Source of the DNA: Candidatus Micrarchaeota archaeon | GTDB lineage: Archaea > Micrarchaeota > Micrarchaeia > Micrarchaeales > CABMGC01 | DNA: 33,179 bases | Assembly (NCBI GenBank): GCA_027319905.1 | Contig: DAHVMJ010000008.1 | Location: 1 to 33,179, forward strand | Direction: 5' to 3' | Shown here: one piece after another, positions 1 to 9,362 of the stretch | Numbering within the stretch: the first letter of the stretch is position 1 | Layout: every line of letters starts with the position of its first letter | Notes under the pieces: generated by a model | The model's database searches: none | The model's input: the letters and a program-made list of their open reading frames with translations, nothing else | Told to the model about the DNA's origin: nothing | Position numbers and translations under genes: made by a program

Positions 1-464
1 GTCACCCAGAGGTTCTTCAGCCCTGCTTTGTGTGCAAGCTTCGCTATGTCAAGTGCGTACTCTATGAATATGGACGGCTCGTTGTACGTGTACGCTACGC
101 TCTGCGTGTTGTACGTAAGCGCCATCTCAACCACATCCTCCGGGCCCATCTCCTTGCCCTTTATCTCGTGTTCCTTGCTTATGTTGTGATTCTGGCAGAA
201 CAAACATCCCCACGAGCAGGAGCTCGTGCCTATGCCAAAAGCATAGGTCCCTGGCATGAAGTGGTTGAAGGGCTTCTTCTCTATTGGGTCCACCTGTACT
301 GCTTCTACAAGCCCGTAATTTGCAAGATAGAGCTTACCTGCCTTGTTCTGCCTCACGAAGCAGAAGCCATGCGAGCCGTCCGGTATCTTGCAGAGCCTTG
401 CGCACGCGTAACACTCCACCCTGCCTCCGGGCAGCCGCCTGTAGAGCGTCGCTTCTTTCTCCAT
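1..464 (-). CDS. amrS: AmmeMemoRadiSam system radical SAM enzyme (PflA-like), 3'-truncated by the window edge
   Basis: Not in the ORF track because it runs off the edge. Manual translation from ATG 464: MEKEATLYRRLPGGRVECYACARLCKIPDGSHGFCFVRQN...VDPIEKKPFNHFMPG...CSWGCLFCQNHNIS...AYTYNEPSIFIEY. It has an N-terminal CxxCxxxC-type metal site, the DPIEKKP motif, a radical SAM CxxxCxxC and YTYNEP. Confidence 0.92.
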   Translation of the reverse strand, partial: MEKEATLYRRLPGGRVECYACARLCKIPDGSHGFCFVRQNKAGKLYLANYGLVEAVQVDPIEKKPFNHFMPGTYAFGIGTSSCSWGCLFCQNHNISKEHEIKGKEMGPEDVVEMALTYNTQSVAYTYNEPSIFIEYALDIAKLAHKAGLKNLWV

Positions 465-466
465 CG

Positions 467-495
467 CTTTATATATACTTTTCGGGATATTTAAT
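467..495. promoter_or_regulatory. Divergent archaeal promoter region
   Basis: TTTATATA (468-475) on + and TTAAATA on - (~488-494, about 24-30 nt upstream of the amrS ATG) in a short AT-rich intergenic gap. Confidence 0.55.
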
Positions 496-509
496 CGTAT
501 TCGTATGCA

Positions 510-2216
510 TTGCAGGTACGTATTTCAAGGATGAGCTGTACTGCTGGCTTGGCTGGTTTAGTGGCAAAAAAGAAGCTTTCGGTGCTTGGGCTTCAGGGCA
601 GGGAGCTTGCCGTAATGGTGCTGTTGCTTCTCATACTCTTCAACGCCGCCTTCTACGCATTCACGCATGTGGAGGGTTCGACAAACTATGGCGACGATGC
701 GAACTACCTTTATCTCGCCAGCGCCGTAACCCACGGCAATTTTATTGAGAATCCCGGCTACATCTTCTCGGTCAGGCTGATGTCCTTCATGCCAATAGCG
801 TTCTTCTATGAGTTCTTCGGAATCAGCAACCTCACGTCCACGCTCTGGAACATACTTTCCTATCTCGGTACAATAGTCGTCGCCTTCTACACCGTCAGGC
901 TTCTCTACGATGAAAAGGCGGCGCTTATCTCCGCATTCCTTGTCAGCATATTCCCGCTTATCACCAAGTTCGCCGTTACTCTGGGAGAAGACGTGCCTCT
1001 TGCCTTCCTGCTCTCGCTGGCAATCCTCCTCTTCCTTCAGGCGGAGAGGAATAGGGGAAGGTGGAGATATTTTGTCTCAGGCGCGCTGCTTGTAGCAGCT
1101 TATCTTGTGAGCTACGAGGCAGCCATAATGGTGCTCTTCCTGCTCATCTACGCGCTTGTACAAGTATTGCGCAAGCACATAAAGATCGACAGAGACAGCC
1201 TCTTCTTCCTGTACGGCATAGCAATCGCCTTTGGGCTCACCTTTCTGTTCAGCGCCATAAACTCGGGCATGCCGTTCATAACAATAACCACAAATGCACG
1301 CTTCTACAGCGGCGTGGGCACAACGGTCAACGGCCTGCCGACCATTCCCACGGCCGATACTAATCTCTCCTACTATCCGGCAGCCATGTTCCAGTACGCT
1401 CTGCTAACCATACTCCTCAATAGCAACGGCAACCTTCAGAACGCGCTGATTAACATGCAGAACGTAATATTTGCAGAGAATAACCCGAGCTCATACGGTC
1501 TGTATTTTTATCTCGTCATTCCTGCAGGCGCAGCGGTTCTTTTGATGGACAGGTTGAAGGACAAACGCTCCTACCTTCTTTTCGCCTGGCTGGTATTCGG
1601 AGTGCTGCTTCTGGAGTTCGGACCCATGCACGTGGGCATAAGCTTCAACCCGCTGCAGCTAACCTACCTGCTCGCGCATAGGATTGACAGGTTTATGATG
1701 ATAGTGACGGTTCCGCTCTGCGGAGTGATAGGTATTGCGCTCTCAAAAGCGGTTAACCCCAAAAGCAGGCTATTGCCGCTGGGCGCGGGTCTTCTGCTCT
1801 TCCTATTTGTGCTGCTCTACGCGAACAACCTTATGGTCTCAAACTTCTGGTACTACTGGCAGTACTACCCCGAAAGTCTTACCCTGCAGGCGGCAAACTT
1901 CCTGAGACCCTACGCATATAACACAACCATATACGTTGAGGGACTTTACAACCAGGGAGCGGTCTCTTTTGCCGGAGCAAACTTCCCTTCCTATCTCGGT
2001 TTCCCTTCTGATCCTCACTACCTGCTCGTGCCAGCCAACGTCAGCTGCTCAACGTTTGATAACATGAGCTATGTGATCTGGTCAGGCAACCCTGGCTGTT
2101 CGCGGCTCACCAACGTACTCAACATAACCACTCCTTCCTACATACCCCAATACATCGTCCAGGACGAACTTCCTGGTCTTATATACCCGCCCACCAACGT
2201 ATACCACACAAGCTGA
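510..2216 (+). CDS. GT-C fold membrane glycosyltransferase (ArnT/PMT_2, GT39/83-like)
   Basis: About 12 hydrophobic segments; DD motif (YGDDANY) in the first external loop; EDVP and HRIDRF motifs; C-terminal soluble domain with sequons. True start may be ATG 531 or GTG 561. Confidence 0.8.
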   Translation: MQVRISRMSCTAGLAGLVAKKKLSVLGLQGRELAVMVLLLLILFNAAFYAFTHVEGSTNYGDDANYLYLASAVTHGNFIENPGYIFSVRLMSFMPIAFFYEFFGISNLTSTLWNILSYLGTIVVAFYTVRLLYDEKAALISAFLVSIFPLITKFAVTLGEDVPLAFLLSLAILLFLQAERNRGRWRYFVSGALLVAAYLVSYEAAIMVLFLLIYALVQVLRKHIKIDRDSLFFLYGIAIAFGLTFLFSAINSGMPFITITTNARFYSGVGTTVNGLPTIPTADTNLSYYPAAMFQYALLTILLNSNGNLQNALINMQNVIFAENNPSSYGLYFYLVIPAGAAVLLMDRLKDKRSYLLFAWLVFGVLLLEFGPMHVGISFNPLQLTYLLAHRIDRFMMIVTVPLCGVIGIALSKAVNPKSRLLPLGAGLLLFLFVLLYANNLMVSNFWYYWQYYPESLTLQAANFLRPYAYNTTIYVEGLYNQGAVSFAGANFPSYLGFPSDPHYLLVPANVSCSTFDNMSYVIWSGNPGCSRLTNVLNITTPSYIPQYIVQDELPGLIYPPTNVYHTS

Positions 2217-2220
2217 CGCT

Positions 2221-3885
2221 ATGAAAATAACGCTCGCGGCCGCGCTAGTCCTTCTGCTGGTTTCAGGCACACTCTCAGGACAGCAAACGCAAACCTGCAA
2301 CTACTCCATAGGCGGGAACAGCAACGCATACGCGCTTTCTGGAAGCTGTGTTTCAGAGTCCGTCTACTTCCTGCCCAACAGCACCAATAACAGACTGCTC
2401 TGCTCAAACGCCAGTCCCGGAGTGAGCTCGGTCAACTTCGGAGCCGGCACCTACAACAACAGCATAATAAACTGCACCTTCGAGAGCGCAAGCATAAGCA
2501 GCATGCACGAGGCCAAGAACAATGTCATAAGCCCATTTGGAAACTACAGCCTCAGCTTCCTAGACAATACCTCAAACATAGCCCTGGGCTACTTCTTCAC
2601 CTTTGTCCCGCGAGACGTAAACGGAAACCTTACGAAGGAATGGTTTGCGGCACTAGCGCCTTACAAGCTCGCGGAAGCCAACTTCCAGGTAATCAACAAC
2701 CAGGAGATAACAATGGCCCAGGTTTATGCCGTTGCAAACAGCATAAACTACACTTTGCCCCGCTTCGGCCAGTATCTGCCTACGAACTCAACCTGGTCCA
2801 GTCCCATCTCATTCGCCCTTGAGGCGGAGCAGATATCAAAGAACGGCACAGAGAGTTTCAACCCCTACTGGTTCATATGCCCGGACTGGGGCTACGACGT
2901 ACTCTCATACAGGGAGTTCAACATAACCTCAAACGAGATCTACACGCCCTTCTTCCTAAAACCAGACTTCATCTCTGACGTACAACTGCCCGACAACACC
3001 AACATGTACTGGAACTTCACGGTGCGCAACTACAGCAATGCGACGCACATAACAGCCTATGTCTTCTCGGGCTACCAGTTCGAGCCGCCCAAGCTTGTAG
3101 AAGACATAACCAACTTCACCGGCAGCAGGCTCTCCTATCATGAAGGCGTGAAGCCTCCGGGCATCTACCAGTTCATAGGCGAGCTCCTATCCTCGCACAA
3201 CATGACATATGAGCAGGCAAACTCCACCAGCATCAACTATGCAATAGGCCTTCAGTACTGCACGCAGTACTCAGAACCTATAATGATACCAGGCACGTAC
3301 TCGATGGCATTTCCGGATCTTACCCTGCTTGACGTGTTCTCACCTTCGAGCCTCATCTGCTCCCACGCCGTCAAAATAGTGTCGGACAACGTTACCATAA
3401 ACTGCCGTGGCGGCGTGATAAACTCCACGAATCAGACGGTACTCGTTCAGAGTTCACAAAACGTAACTCTTGAGAATTGCAAGCTTGGAGGAAATGCGAT
3501 AACGGCCTACGACTCGGAGCTCAGTATCGTAAACAGCACGCTGACTGCAAATAACGAATCAAACTATGCCTTCTCCGGAGCAAGATCCACAATATACCTG
3601 CGTAGTGCGCAAATTCTTGGTTATTCACAGCATCTCAACGCCAGTGGCGCCAACATTAGCGTAGTGCATCTTCTCCCTACAAACTCGACAGTTCCTCCGA
3701 CAACTGCATTGTCAAATATGACTGCTAATTCTTCGGTCCAAGAACCTCAACGAAGCACAGGCGGTGCGTATAACAAAGAATCTGTCCTTGCAGCCACGAT
3801 CTTCACAATCTTTGCGATCTTTGCTTTAGCCTCAGTCCTTCGCGTCAGGCGAAAGAGCGGAAAGAGCGCCAGGCGAGATCTATGA
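2221..3885 (+). CDS. Secreted, C-terminally anchored surface glycoprotein with NosD/CASH-like beta-helix repeats
   Basis: N-terminal signal peptide; beta-helix-like VKIVSDNVTINCRG...NVTLENCK; S/T/P linker; C-terminal TM helix plus basic tail (RVRRKSGK); about 29 N-X-S/T sequons by manual count. Confidence 0.75.
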   Translation: MKITLAAALVLLLVSGTLSGQQTQTCNYSIGGNSNAYALSGSCVSESVYFLPNSTNNRLLCSNASPGVSSVNFGAGTYNNSIINCTFESASISSMHEAKNNVISPFGNYSLSFLDNTSNIALGYFFTFVPRDVNGNLTKEWFAALAPYKLAEANFQVINNQEITMAQVYAVANSINYTLPRFGQYLPTNSTWSSPISFALEAEQISKNGTESFNPYWFICPDWGYDVLSYREFNITSNEIYTPFFLKPDFISDVQLPDNTNMYWNFTVRNYSNATHITAYVFSGYQFEPPKLVEDITNFTGSRLSYHEGVKPPGIYQFIGELLSSHNMTYEQANSTSINYAIGLQYCTQYSEPIMIPGTYSMAFPDLTLLDVFSPSSLICSHAVKIVSDNVTINCRGGVINSTNQTVLVQSSQNVTLENCKLGGNAITAYDSELSIVNSTLTANNESNYAFSGARSTIYLRSAQILGYSQHLNASGANISVVHLLPTNSTVPPTTALSNMTANSSVQEPQRSTGGAYNKESVLAATIFTIFAIFALASVLRVRRKSGKSARRDL

Positions 3886-5420
3886 AAAAGCCGAATGACT
3901 TACGCGCAGCAATACTGCTGTTCCTCATAATGGCTTTGGGTTTGGCTCTTCTCTCCTGGATGCATTCTGGCCCTTTTGTGTTTTATGATGATACGATATA
4001 TCTAAATGACGCTCATCTGTTTCTGCAGAGCGGAGCGCTGTTCCAGGGCGATGCCGTCCTTGCCAATTCCATCGGCTATATAGCGATGCTGGCCTTTTTT
4101 GTTGGGACATTCGGATATAATGTGTTCTCCACACTTGTTTTCGGTGTATCAACATACATACTGCTGGTGATGTTGACGTTCCTTTGCGGTAGGGCGCTAT
4201 ACAACAATACCTTCGCACTGATTGCGGCTCTCTTTGCAGCAACTTCCCCGTTTGTTCTAGAATACGGTACAAGAGTCCTTCCAGATAACATGCTTGGAGT
4301 CATAAGTGCTCTATCCATTCTGCTCCTCGTTTATGCTATCAAGAAAGAGAAAAAAGAGCTTTTCTTTCTAGCGGGGCTATTTGCTGCGCTCATAATCTTT
4401 GTCAGACTTGACGGATTCATGTTCATCGGTTTCTATCTGCTCTCCTTCTTAGCCTCCAATCTCTTTAAAAGAACAGCCGCGTTCAAACTACATCTCGGAT
4501 ACTTCCTGATTGGGGTTTCGGTGTCCGTGCTGGTGTATCTCAGCATAGTCTATGTGTATACGGGTAACCCAACCTCAGGCATGCACGCGTTCATGACTCA
4601 ACAATCTCTTCGCGGGATATCAACGATTTCCTACAATGTTGCAACCATGCTTCTGCTTCTCAACCCGGTGCCCACGCCTCCGATCAGCTCACCGCCATAT
4701 TTCCCGACCCAGATAAACACGGTGGGAGCCATCGTTCTGCTTTCAGTTCTGGGCAGCGTCGTGGCCCTGTACAAAAAACACAACCTCCTGGCTGTGCCGT
4801 CGCTTCTGACCATTGGCATTTTCTTCTACTTCATTTTTGGATCTTCTTCCCTCTCTCTCTATGCTCCAATTCCTATGCTGAACCGCTATCTTGCCATGAT
4901 TGCAGCGCCAGTCGCTATAATGTCTACATATCTTATCTATCACCTCTACAACTACGTGCGTAAGAGGTCAAGGACGTATGCAGTACTGAGCGTTATTGCT
5001 TTCATTCTCCTTACACTGCTTTCCTTCCTTCCTGCATATGCAAACGCGCTGAGTTACAATCTCCCCATAAGGAATCAAACTGCACTTTATGTCATGACGC
5101 TTAACAAGATCAGCAGCATAACGGGCAATCAGAGCAGCACAGTATTTACTTATGGAGAAGCAAATGGCCTGCCTCCACTTTTTCTCCAGTTTCTGTCAGG
5201 ATACGATAAATACCTCAACATCAGCCCGCTGGGCAATTCGTGCATGCCGACCAATTCTGCCTTTGTGGTGACAACTGGAACCACCGGGCAATCATACCAG
5301 CAGATATATCTGAACTATCTCAACACGTGGGCTGGGGGTAACTGCACGCTCTCGCTCATTAGCAATTTTCAATCGGGCAGCGAAGATGTGGCCCTTTACA
5401 TAAGCAAACCGCGCGCCTAG
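3882..5420 (+). CDS. Second GT-C fold membrane glycosyltransferase (ArnT/PMT_2-like)
   Basis: FYDDTIY DD motif after TM1; RVLPD, VRLDG and LNRYL motifs; polytopic. Start overlaps the upstream stop (ATGA). Confidence 0.8.
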   Translation: MKKPNDLRAAILLFLIMALGLALLSWMHSGPFVFYDDTIYLNDAHLFLQSGALFQGDAVLANSIGYIAMLAFFVGTFGYNVFSTLVFGVSTYILLVMLTFLCGRALYNNTFALIAALFAATSPFVLEYGTRVLPDNMLGVISALSILLLVYAIKKEKKELFFLAGLFAALIIFVRLDGFMFIGFYLLSFLASNLFKRTAAFKLHLGYFLIGVSVSVLVYLSIVYVYTGNPTSGMHAFMTQQSLRGISTISYNVATMLLLLNPVPTPPISSPPYFPTQINTVGAIVLLSVLGSVVALYKKHNLLAVPSLLTIGIFFYFIFGSSSLSLYAPIPMLNRYLAMIAAPVAIMSTYLIYHLYNYVRKRSRTYAVLSVIAFILLTLLSFLPAYANALSYNLPIRNQTALYVMTLNKISSITGNQSSTVFTYGEANGLPPLFLQFLSGYDKYLNISPLGNSCMPTNSAFVVTTGTTGQSYQQIYLNYLNTWAGGNCTLSLISNFQSGSEDVALYISKPRA

Positions 5421-5423
5421 AAA

Positions 5424-7406
5424 TCAATCGCATTCTGTCTTGAATATGTCTATCCGCTCGCCTAACTGACTATCATATGAATCGTATAGAAGCGTGAAGT
5501 TCGAATTGTTGAAGACGCTTTCGTTGTTCGCGCCGCGCGCAAGCAGGTACACATAGGACACGTTGAATTCCCTGATTACGCTGCAGTTCCCTTGGGAGAA
5601 GATCGCGTTATTGGCGGCTTCAAGCTCCTCTGGCGTGTATGTATAGATGCCACTCGCATATGTGGAAACCGAGATGAGGGTCTGTCTGCCCGCAAGACCG
5701 GAGACCGGCTGCTTGAAATCAGAATAGTCGCTGACGGCAAAGATGGAATTCGGGGCTGTATGGTTCATTATATAAGCCGTGGCATTCAGCTGGCCGCTGC
5801 TGTAAAGAAGTTGCGCGTTGCCCACATCGTGCCACACGAATATGAATGGATAGTTGAAGACCACGAGGAGCAGCAGTACAGCCGCCGCCGCCTTGTGCCA
5901 GCGATCTCCGCTCCACAAGACGGAAAGAAGGTAGCCGGAGAGCAGGCAGAGCGCAAGGAACGCGTAAAGCACTATCTTGTTGGCGTCTGCAGGATCGGGC
6001 AGGAATCTGTATACCATAACCAACGGTATAAGGGCCAGGAACGGGGCGGCGAAGATCCTTAGCTTGGACTTTGCCTTAATCAGTCCCACAATCCCGATAA
6101 TGAACACAACGCCTAGCACGACGGTCCAGAAGAACAGGGCGTATGCGAGCGTGTAAGCGAACTGGAGGAGAGGATTGGGTGAGCTTATAAGAAACAACGC
6201 CTCGAAACCAGAGAAGTTCGGAGCTCTTGACTGCGAGTTGAGGAAGATCAGTTGGGGCACCGCGATGATGACAGCGACCAACAGCGCCGCGACCAGCCCA
6301 ATCATTGCCTCTCTCTTCTTCCTTACTAAGGAATAGGCGAAGACCGTCGCTCCGAAAGCCGCTATTGCTATCAGAGCAGGAGGGTTCACGAGCGGGAGCA
6401 TCCCGGTTGCCAGTCCCGCAAGAACCGGCAGTCTCATGCTCTTCTTTCTCTTTCCTCTGTCTCCCAGCGTGAACTCATATAGCAGCAGTATAACTAAGAG
6501 CGCGATGGGTAGCCCAAGAAGGAGGTCACGCTGCGCTATCAGCATCATGTTCAGCACTGGCACCCAGTAGGTTATGAACTCAGAAGAGGTGTAATACAGA
6601 GTGTTGAGGATTCCCAGGATTCCTGCTGTCGCTCCGTTTACGTAGAGTAGGTGAGCCGGTTGGAAGATGGGAGTGAGCTGTGCGCGGAATGGGTACTCCA
6701 GGAACAGCATTATGCCGTTGCCCCCGAACCAGAACATCAGCAAAGCGGAGATTGCTGCGGACGAGTTCTTGAGAAGTCTGTATGCGATGAGCATCGATAG
6801 CGAGATCAGCGAGAATACCAGTGCTATGTCTGGTACGACCACGGCTTGCACAACACCGAATCCCTCCTTCAGCAGCAGCGCTGAGAAGAGGTCGTTTATG
6901 AAAGGATACGCATCTACTGTCGCGATGCTGAATGGATACTTCGGAGGGAAGGCGGAGTTGAGGAGCGCGATGCCCACACCCATGTGGTAAGAGATATCGC
7001 TGCAGCCAGCATCAACGCAGTACATGGTTCCGTTCTGCATGAATATCGATGAGGCGAATACGATTGAAATGATGATGGACACGGCCAGAACCGCAACCTG
7101 TGCTGAGATCGGCATGTCGAACAGTATCCTCTCGCCGATGAAGAACCTCTTCAACGGCTTCTTGCTGTGCAGGAACAGCGCAAACGACGCAACCAATAGA
7201 ACGCCAAGCGCTAGGAAGATGCTTGACTGCGTGATGCTACCCAGCGCGGCATACGCCGCAAGCTCGACAAACGATATGGATGCTACGCCCAGAGGTATGG
7301 CGAGAGCAAGTCTCGACATGAATGAGCTGAAGATGTCGCAATACGATACTAGTGAAAACCCGAAGAGAATGCCTATTGCGATGATGAGCAGTGCTCCGAG
7401 CAACAA
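5424..7406 (-). CDS. Polytopic membrane protein, probable GT-C-like glycosyltransferase
   Basis: About 14 TM segments; loop motif SDISYH...FPPKYP...YPF; C-terminal external domain (AYIMNHT...LAGRQT...YVY). TTG start preceded by GAGGGA. Confidence 0.6.
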   Translation of the reverse strand: MLLGALLIIAIGILFGFSLVSYCDIFSSFMSRLALAIPLGVASISFVELAAYAALGSITQSSIFLALGVLLVASFALFLHSKKPLKRFFIGERILFDMPISAQVAVLAVSIIISIVFASSIFMQNGTMYCVDAGCSDISYHMGVGIALLNSAFPPKYPFSIATVDAYPFINDLFSALLLKEGFGVVQAVVVPDIALVFSLISLSMLIAYRLLKNSSAAISALLMFWFGGNGIMLFLEYPFRAQLTPIFQPAHLLYVNGATAGILGILNTLYYTSSEFITYWVPVLNMMLIAQRDLLLGLPIALLVILLLYEFTLGDRGKRKKSMRLPVLAGLATGMLPLVNPPALIAIAAFGATVFAYSLVRKKREAMIGLVAALLVAVIIAVPQLIFLNSQSRAPNFSGFEALFLISSPNPLLQFAYTLAYALFFWTVVLGVVFIIGIVGLIKAKSKLRIFAAPFLALIPLVMVYRFLPDPADANKIVLYAFLALCLLSGYLLSVLWSGDRWHKAAAAVLLLLVVFNYPFIFVWHDVGNAQLLYSSGQLNATAYIMNHTAPNSIFAVSDYSDFKQPVSGLAGRQTLISVSTYASGIYTYTPEELEAANNAIFSQGNCSVIREFNVSYVYLLARGANNESVFNNSNFTLLYDSYDSQLGERIDIFKTECD

Positions 7407-7429
7407 ATCCCTCTACAATATGCATCATC

Positions 7430-7443
7430 TTTTATTAATTAAG
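7430..7443. promoter_or_regulatory. Bidirectional TATA-like element
   Basis: TTTTATTAATTAAG, containing the palindrome TTAATTAA, between divergent genes starting at 7406(-) and 7491(+). Confidence 0.5.
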
Positions 7444-7490
7444 CACAAGTATAGCATCGGTAAACGGTCCGCCTGCCAGGATCGCAGTAG

Positions 7491-9269
7491 ATGACTAGAA
7501 TGACCACAGTTGTAGGCTTCAACATGCCGAACTATCACGATAATGCCGTGGCCGTTATAGTCGACGGCAGGCTCGTATACGCAAGCGAGGAAGAGCGCTA
7601 CACGAGGCACAAGCACTCGGAGAATGAGCCACCCGTAAACTCCATGCTCCATGCGTTTGCACATCTCAAGGGAATTGGAATAAGGCCTGGAGACATAGAT
7701 GCCTTCGCGATAAACTTCGACTCTCGCAGGTTCAGGCTCCAGAACAAGATAGCCGGGGTGGTCTCTGCATCGCTGAAGAAGTCAGGTGCGGGAGGCGACG
7801 TCTTCGGGCTGGCATCTGCGTATTTGAAGAAGGGAATCAGCTTACGCGACGCTCCGAGAAGGTTCCTACAGGGCGTCTACTCTACCCTGGGCATGTCCCT
7901 GCCAAAAGGAGTCAGAATAGTACCAGTGATGCATCATCTCGCCCACGCCGCATCTGCGCATTACTTCTCCGGATTCCGCTCCTGCGGAGTTCTCGTGGCT
8001 GATGGCTTCGGAGAGCGAGAATCCACGACACTGTGGAAGGCCAAGAACGGCGATTTCGAGCTGCTTGACGGGGTCGACGTAAGAGACGGGTCGCTTGGCA
8101 TACTCTACGAGGCTGTGGGCATGCTGCTGGGGTTTAACGCTCTTGAAGGCCCCGGCAAGGTGATGGGCCTGGCTCCTTATGGGAAAAAAGCTGCGAATAT
8201 AGCATCAAAATTCAAGGCTGTGCTTGCCTCCAAAGCCACCGGCCCTTTCAAGTTCTCGGCGAGCGCGCTGGATAGAAGGTTTGCAGAGGTGATGTATCGC
8301 GAAGCATACGCTCCGTTTCTCAGAACGCTTGGAAATGGGATGGACCTCAGGTGGGATAGGAGCGGCAAGATAAACAGAAACGTTGCGAACATCGCATATT
8401 CCCTTCAGGAGTTCACGGAAGAGCTGATGGTCGACCTTGCGGAAAAAGTAAAAGAGTCTACGGGCAGCAGCAGACTGGCCATGTCCGGAGGCGTGGCGCT
8501 CAACGCCAAGTCAAACATGGAGATACACTACTCGGATCTCTTCAATGACATCTTCATATTCCCAGCCGCAAACGATGCCGGCACACCCATTGGAGCTGCT
8601 GCTTACGTCTACGAGCACAAGCTCGGCAAGAAGATGCAGAACCACAGACTGTCAAGCATCTATCTTGGCGACGAGCACGATGACAACGAGGTGAGGTTGG
8701 CTGTGGAGGTCAGTACGCTTAAAGCAGAATACATAGGTCAGGATGTTTCTGAGATAGCGAGTCTCGTGAACAAAAGAAAGACGATTGCATGGTTTAAGGG
8801 AAGAGCAGAGTTAGGCCCCAGAGCTCTGGGGAATCGTAGTATAATAGCCAATCCGTGTTATGCCAACACGCTCAGCATACTGAATGGGATAAAAGGAAGG
8901 GAATGGTGGAGACCCCTCGCTCCATCGTTGCTTCTGAATGACGCCTCTAAGTATCTCCATAGGCCCACGCACCACCAGTTCATGATACTGATGTTTAAAA
9001 TGACTGACCGCGGAAAGGAGCATGCTCCTGCTGCGTGCCACGTAGACGGAACCGCAAGAGTCCAGACAGTGAAGCGGGAAGAGAATAGAGAGTGGTACGA
9101 AGTGATAAAGGGCTTCAAAGAGCTAAGCGGCGAAGGAATAGTTGTCAACACCAGTTTCAATCTAGCTGGTGAACCCATAGTGGAGACTCCGGCAGAGGCT
9201 CTGAACAGCTTCAAACGCAGCAGACTGGACGCCATGTATCTTCAAGGTTGGCTCCTTTCAAAACGCTAG
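7491..9269 (+). CDS. O-carbamoyltransferase, NodU/CmcH/TobZ family
   Basis: HD..A, EEERYTRHKH, HHLAHAASA, DGFGE, GKVMGLAPYG, GGVALN, PAANDAG, GRAELGPRALGNRSI, HVDGTARVQTV and NTSFNLAGEPIV motifs. Confidence 0.95.
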   Translation: MTRMTTVVGFNMPNYHDNAVAVIVDGRLVYASEEERYTRHKHSENEPPVNSMLHAFAHLKGIGIRPGDIDAFAINFDSRRFRLQNKIAGVVSASLKKSGAGGDVFGLASAYLKKGISLRDAPRRFLQGVYSTLGMSLPKGVRIVPVMHHLAHAASAHYFSGFRSCGVLVADGFGERESTTLWKAKNGDFELLDGVDVRDGSLGILYEAVGMLLGFNALEGPGKVMGLAPYGKKAANIASKFKAVLASKATGPFKFSASALDRRFAEVMYREAYAPFLRTLGNGMDLRWDRSGKINRNVANIAYSLQEFTEELMVDLAEKVKESTGSSRLAMSGGVALNAKSNMEIHYSDLFNDIFIFPAANDAGTPIGAAAYVYEHKLGKKMQNHRLSSIYLGDEHDDNEVRLAVEVSTLKAEYIGQDVSEIASLVNKRKTIAWFKGRAELGPRALGNRSIIANPCYANTLSILNGIKGREWWRPLAPSLLLNDASKYLHRPTHHQFMILMFKMTDRGKEHAPAACHVDGTARVQTVKREENREWYEVIKGFKELSGEGIVVNTSFNLAGEPIVETPAEALNSFKRSRLDAMYLQGWLLSKR

Positions 9270-9287
9270 CGCACTCGCTCATCTTGG

Positions 9288-9299
9288 AAAAGTTAATAA
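9288..9299 (+). promoter_or_regulatory. Putative BRE/TATA promoter of the GT2-GT4 pair
   Basis: AAAAGTTAATAA in the intergenic gap upstream of ATG 9363. Confidence 0.4.
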
Positions 9300-9362
9300 T
9301 CTGCAACATGCCTTAATCCTCAGATACATCACGGTGAGAGATCTGATCTGTAGTGAAGGGAC

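Noticed and set aside
30..748. Plus-strand ORFs 30..494 and 284..748
   Set aside because: They are antisense or out-of-frame shadows of amrS and the first GT-C gene, with no motifs.
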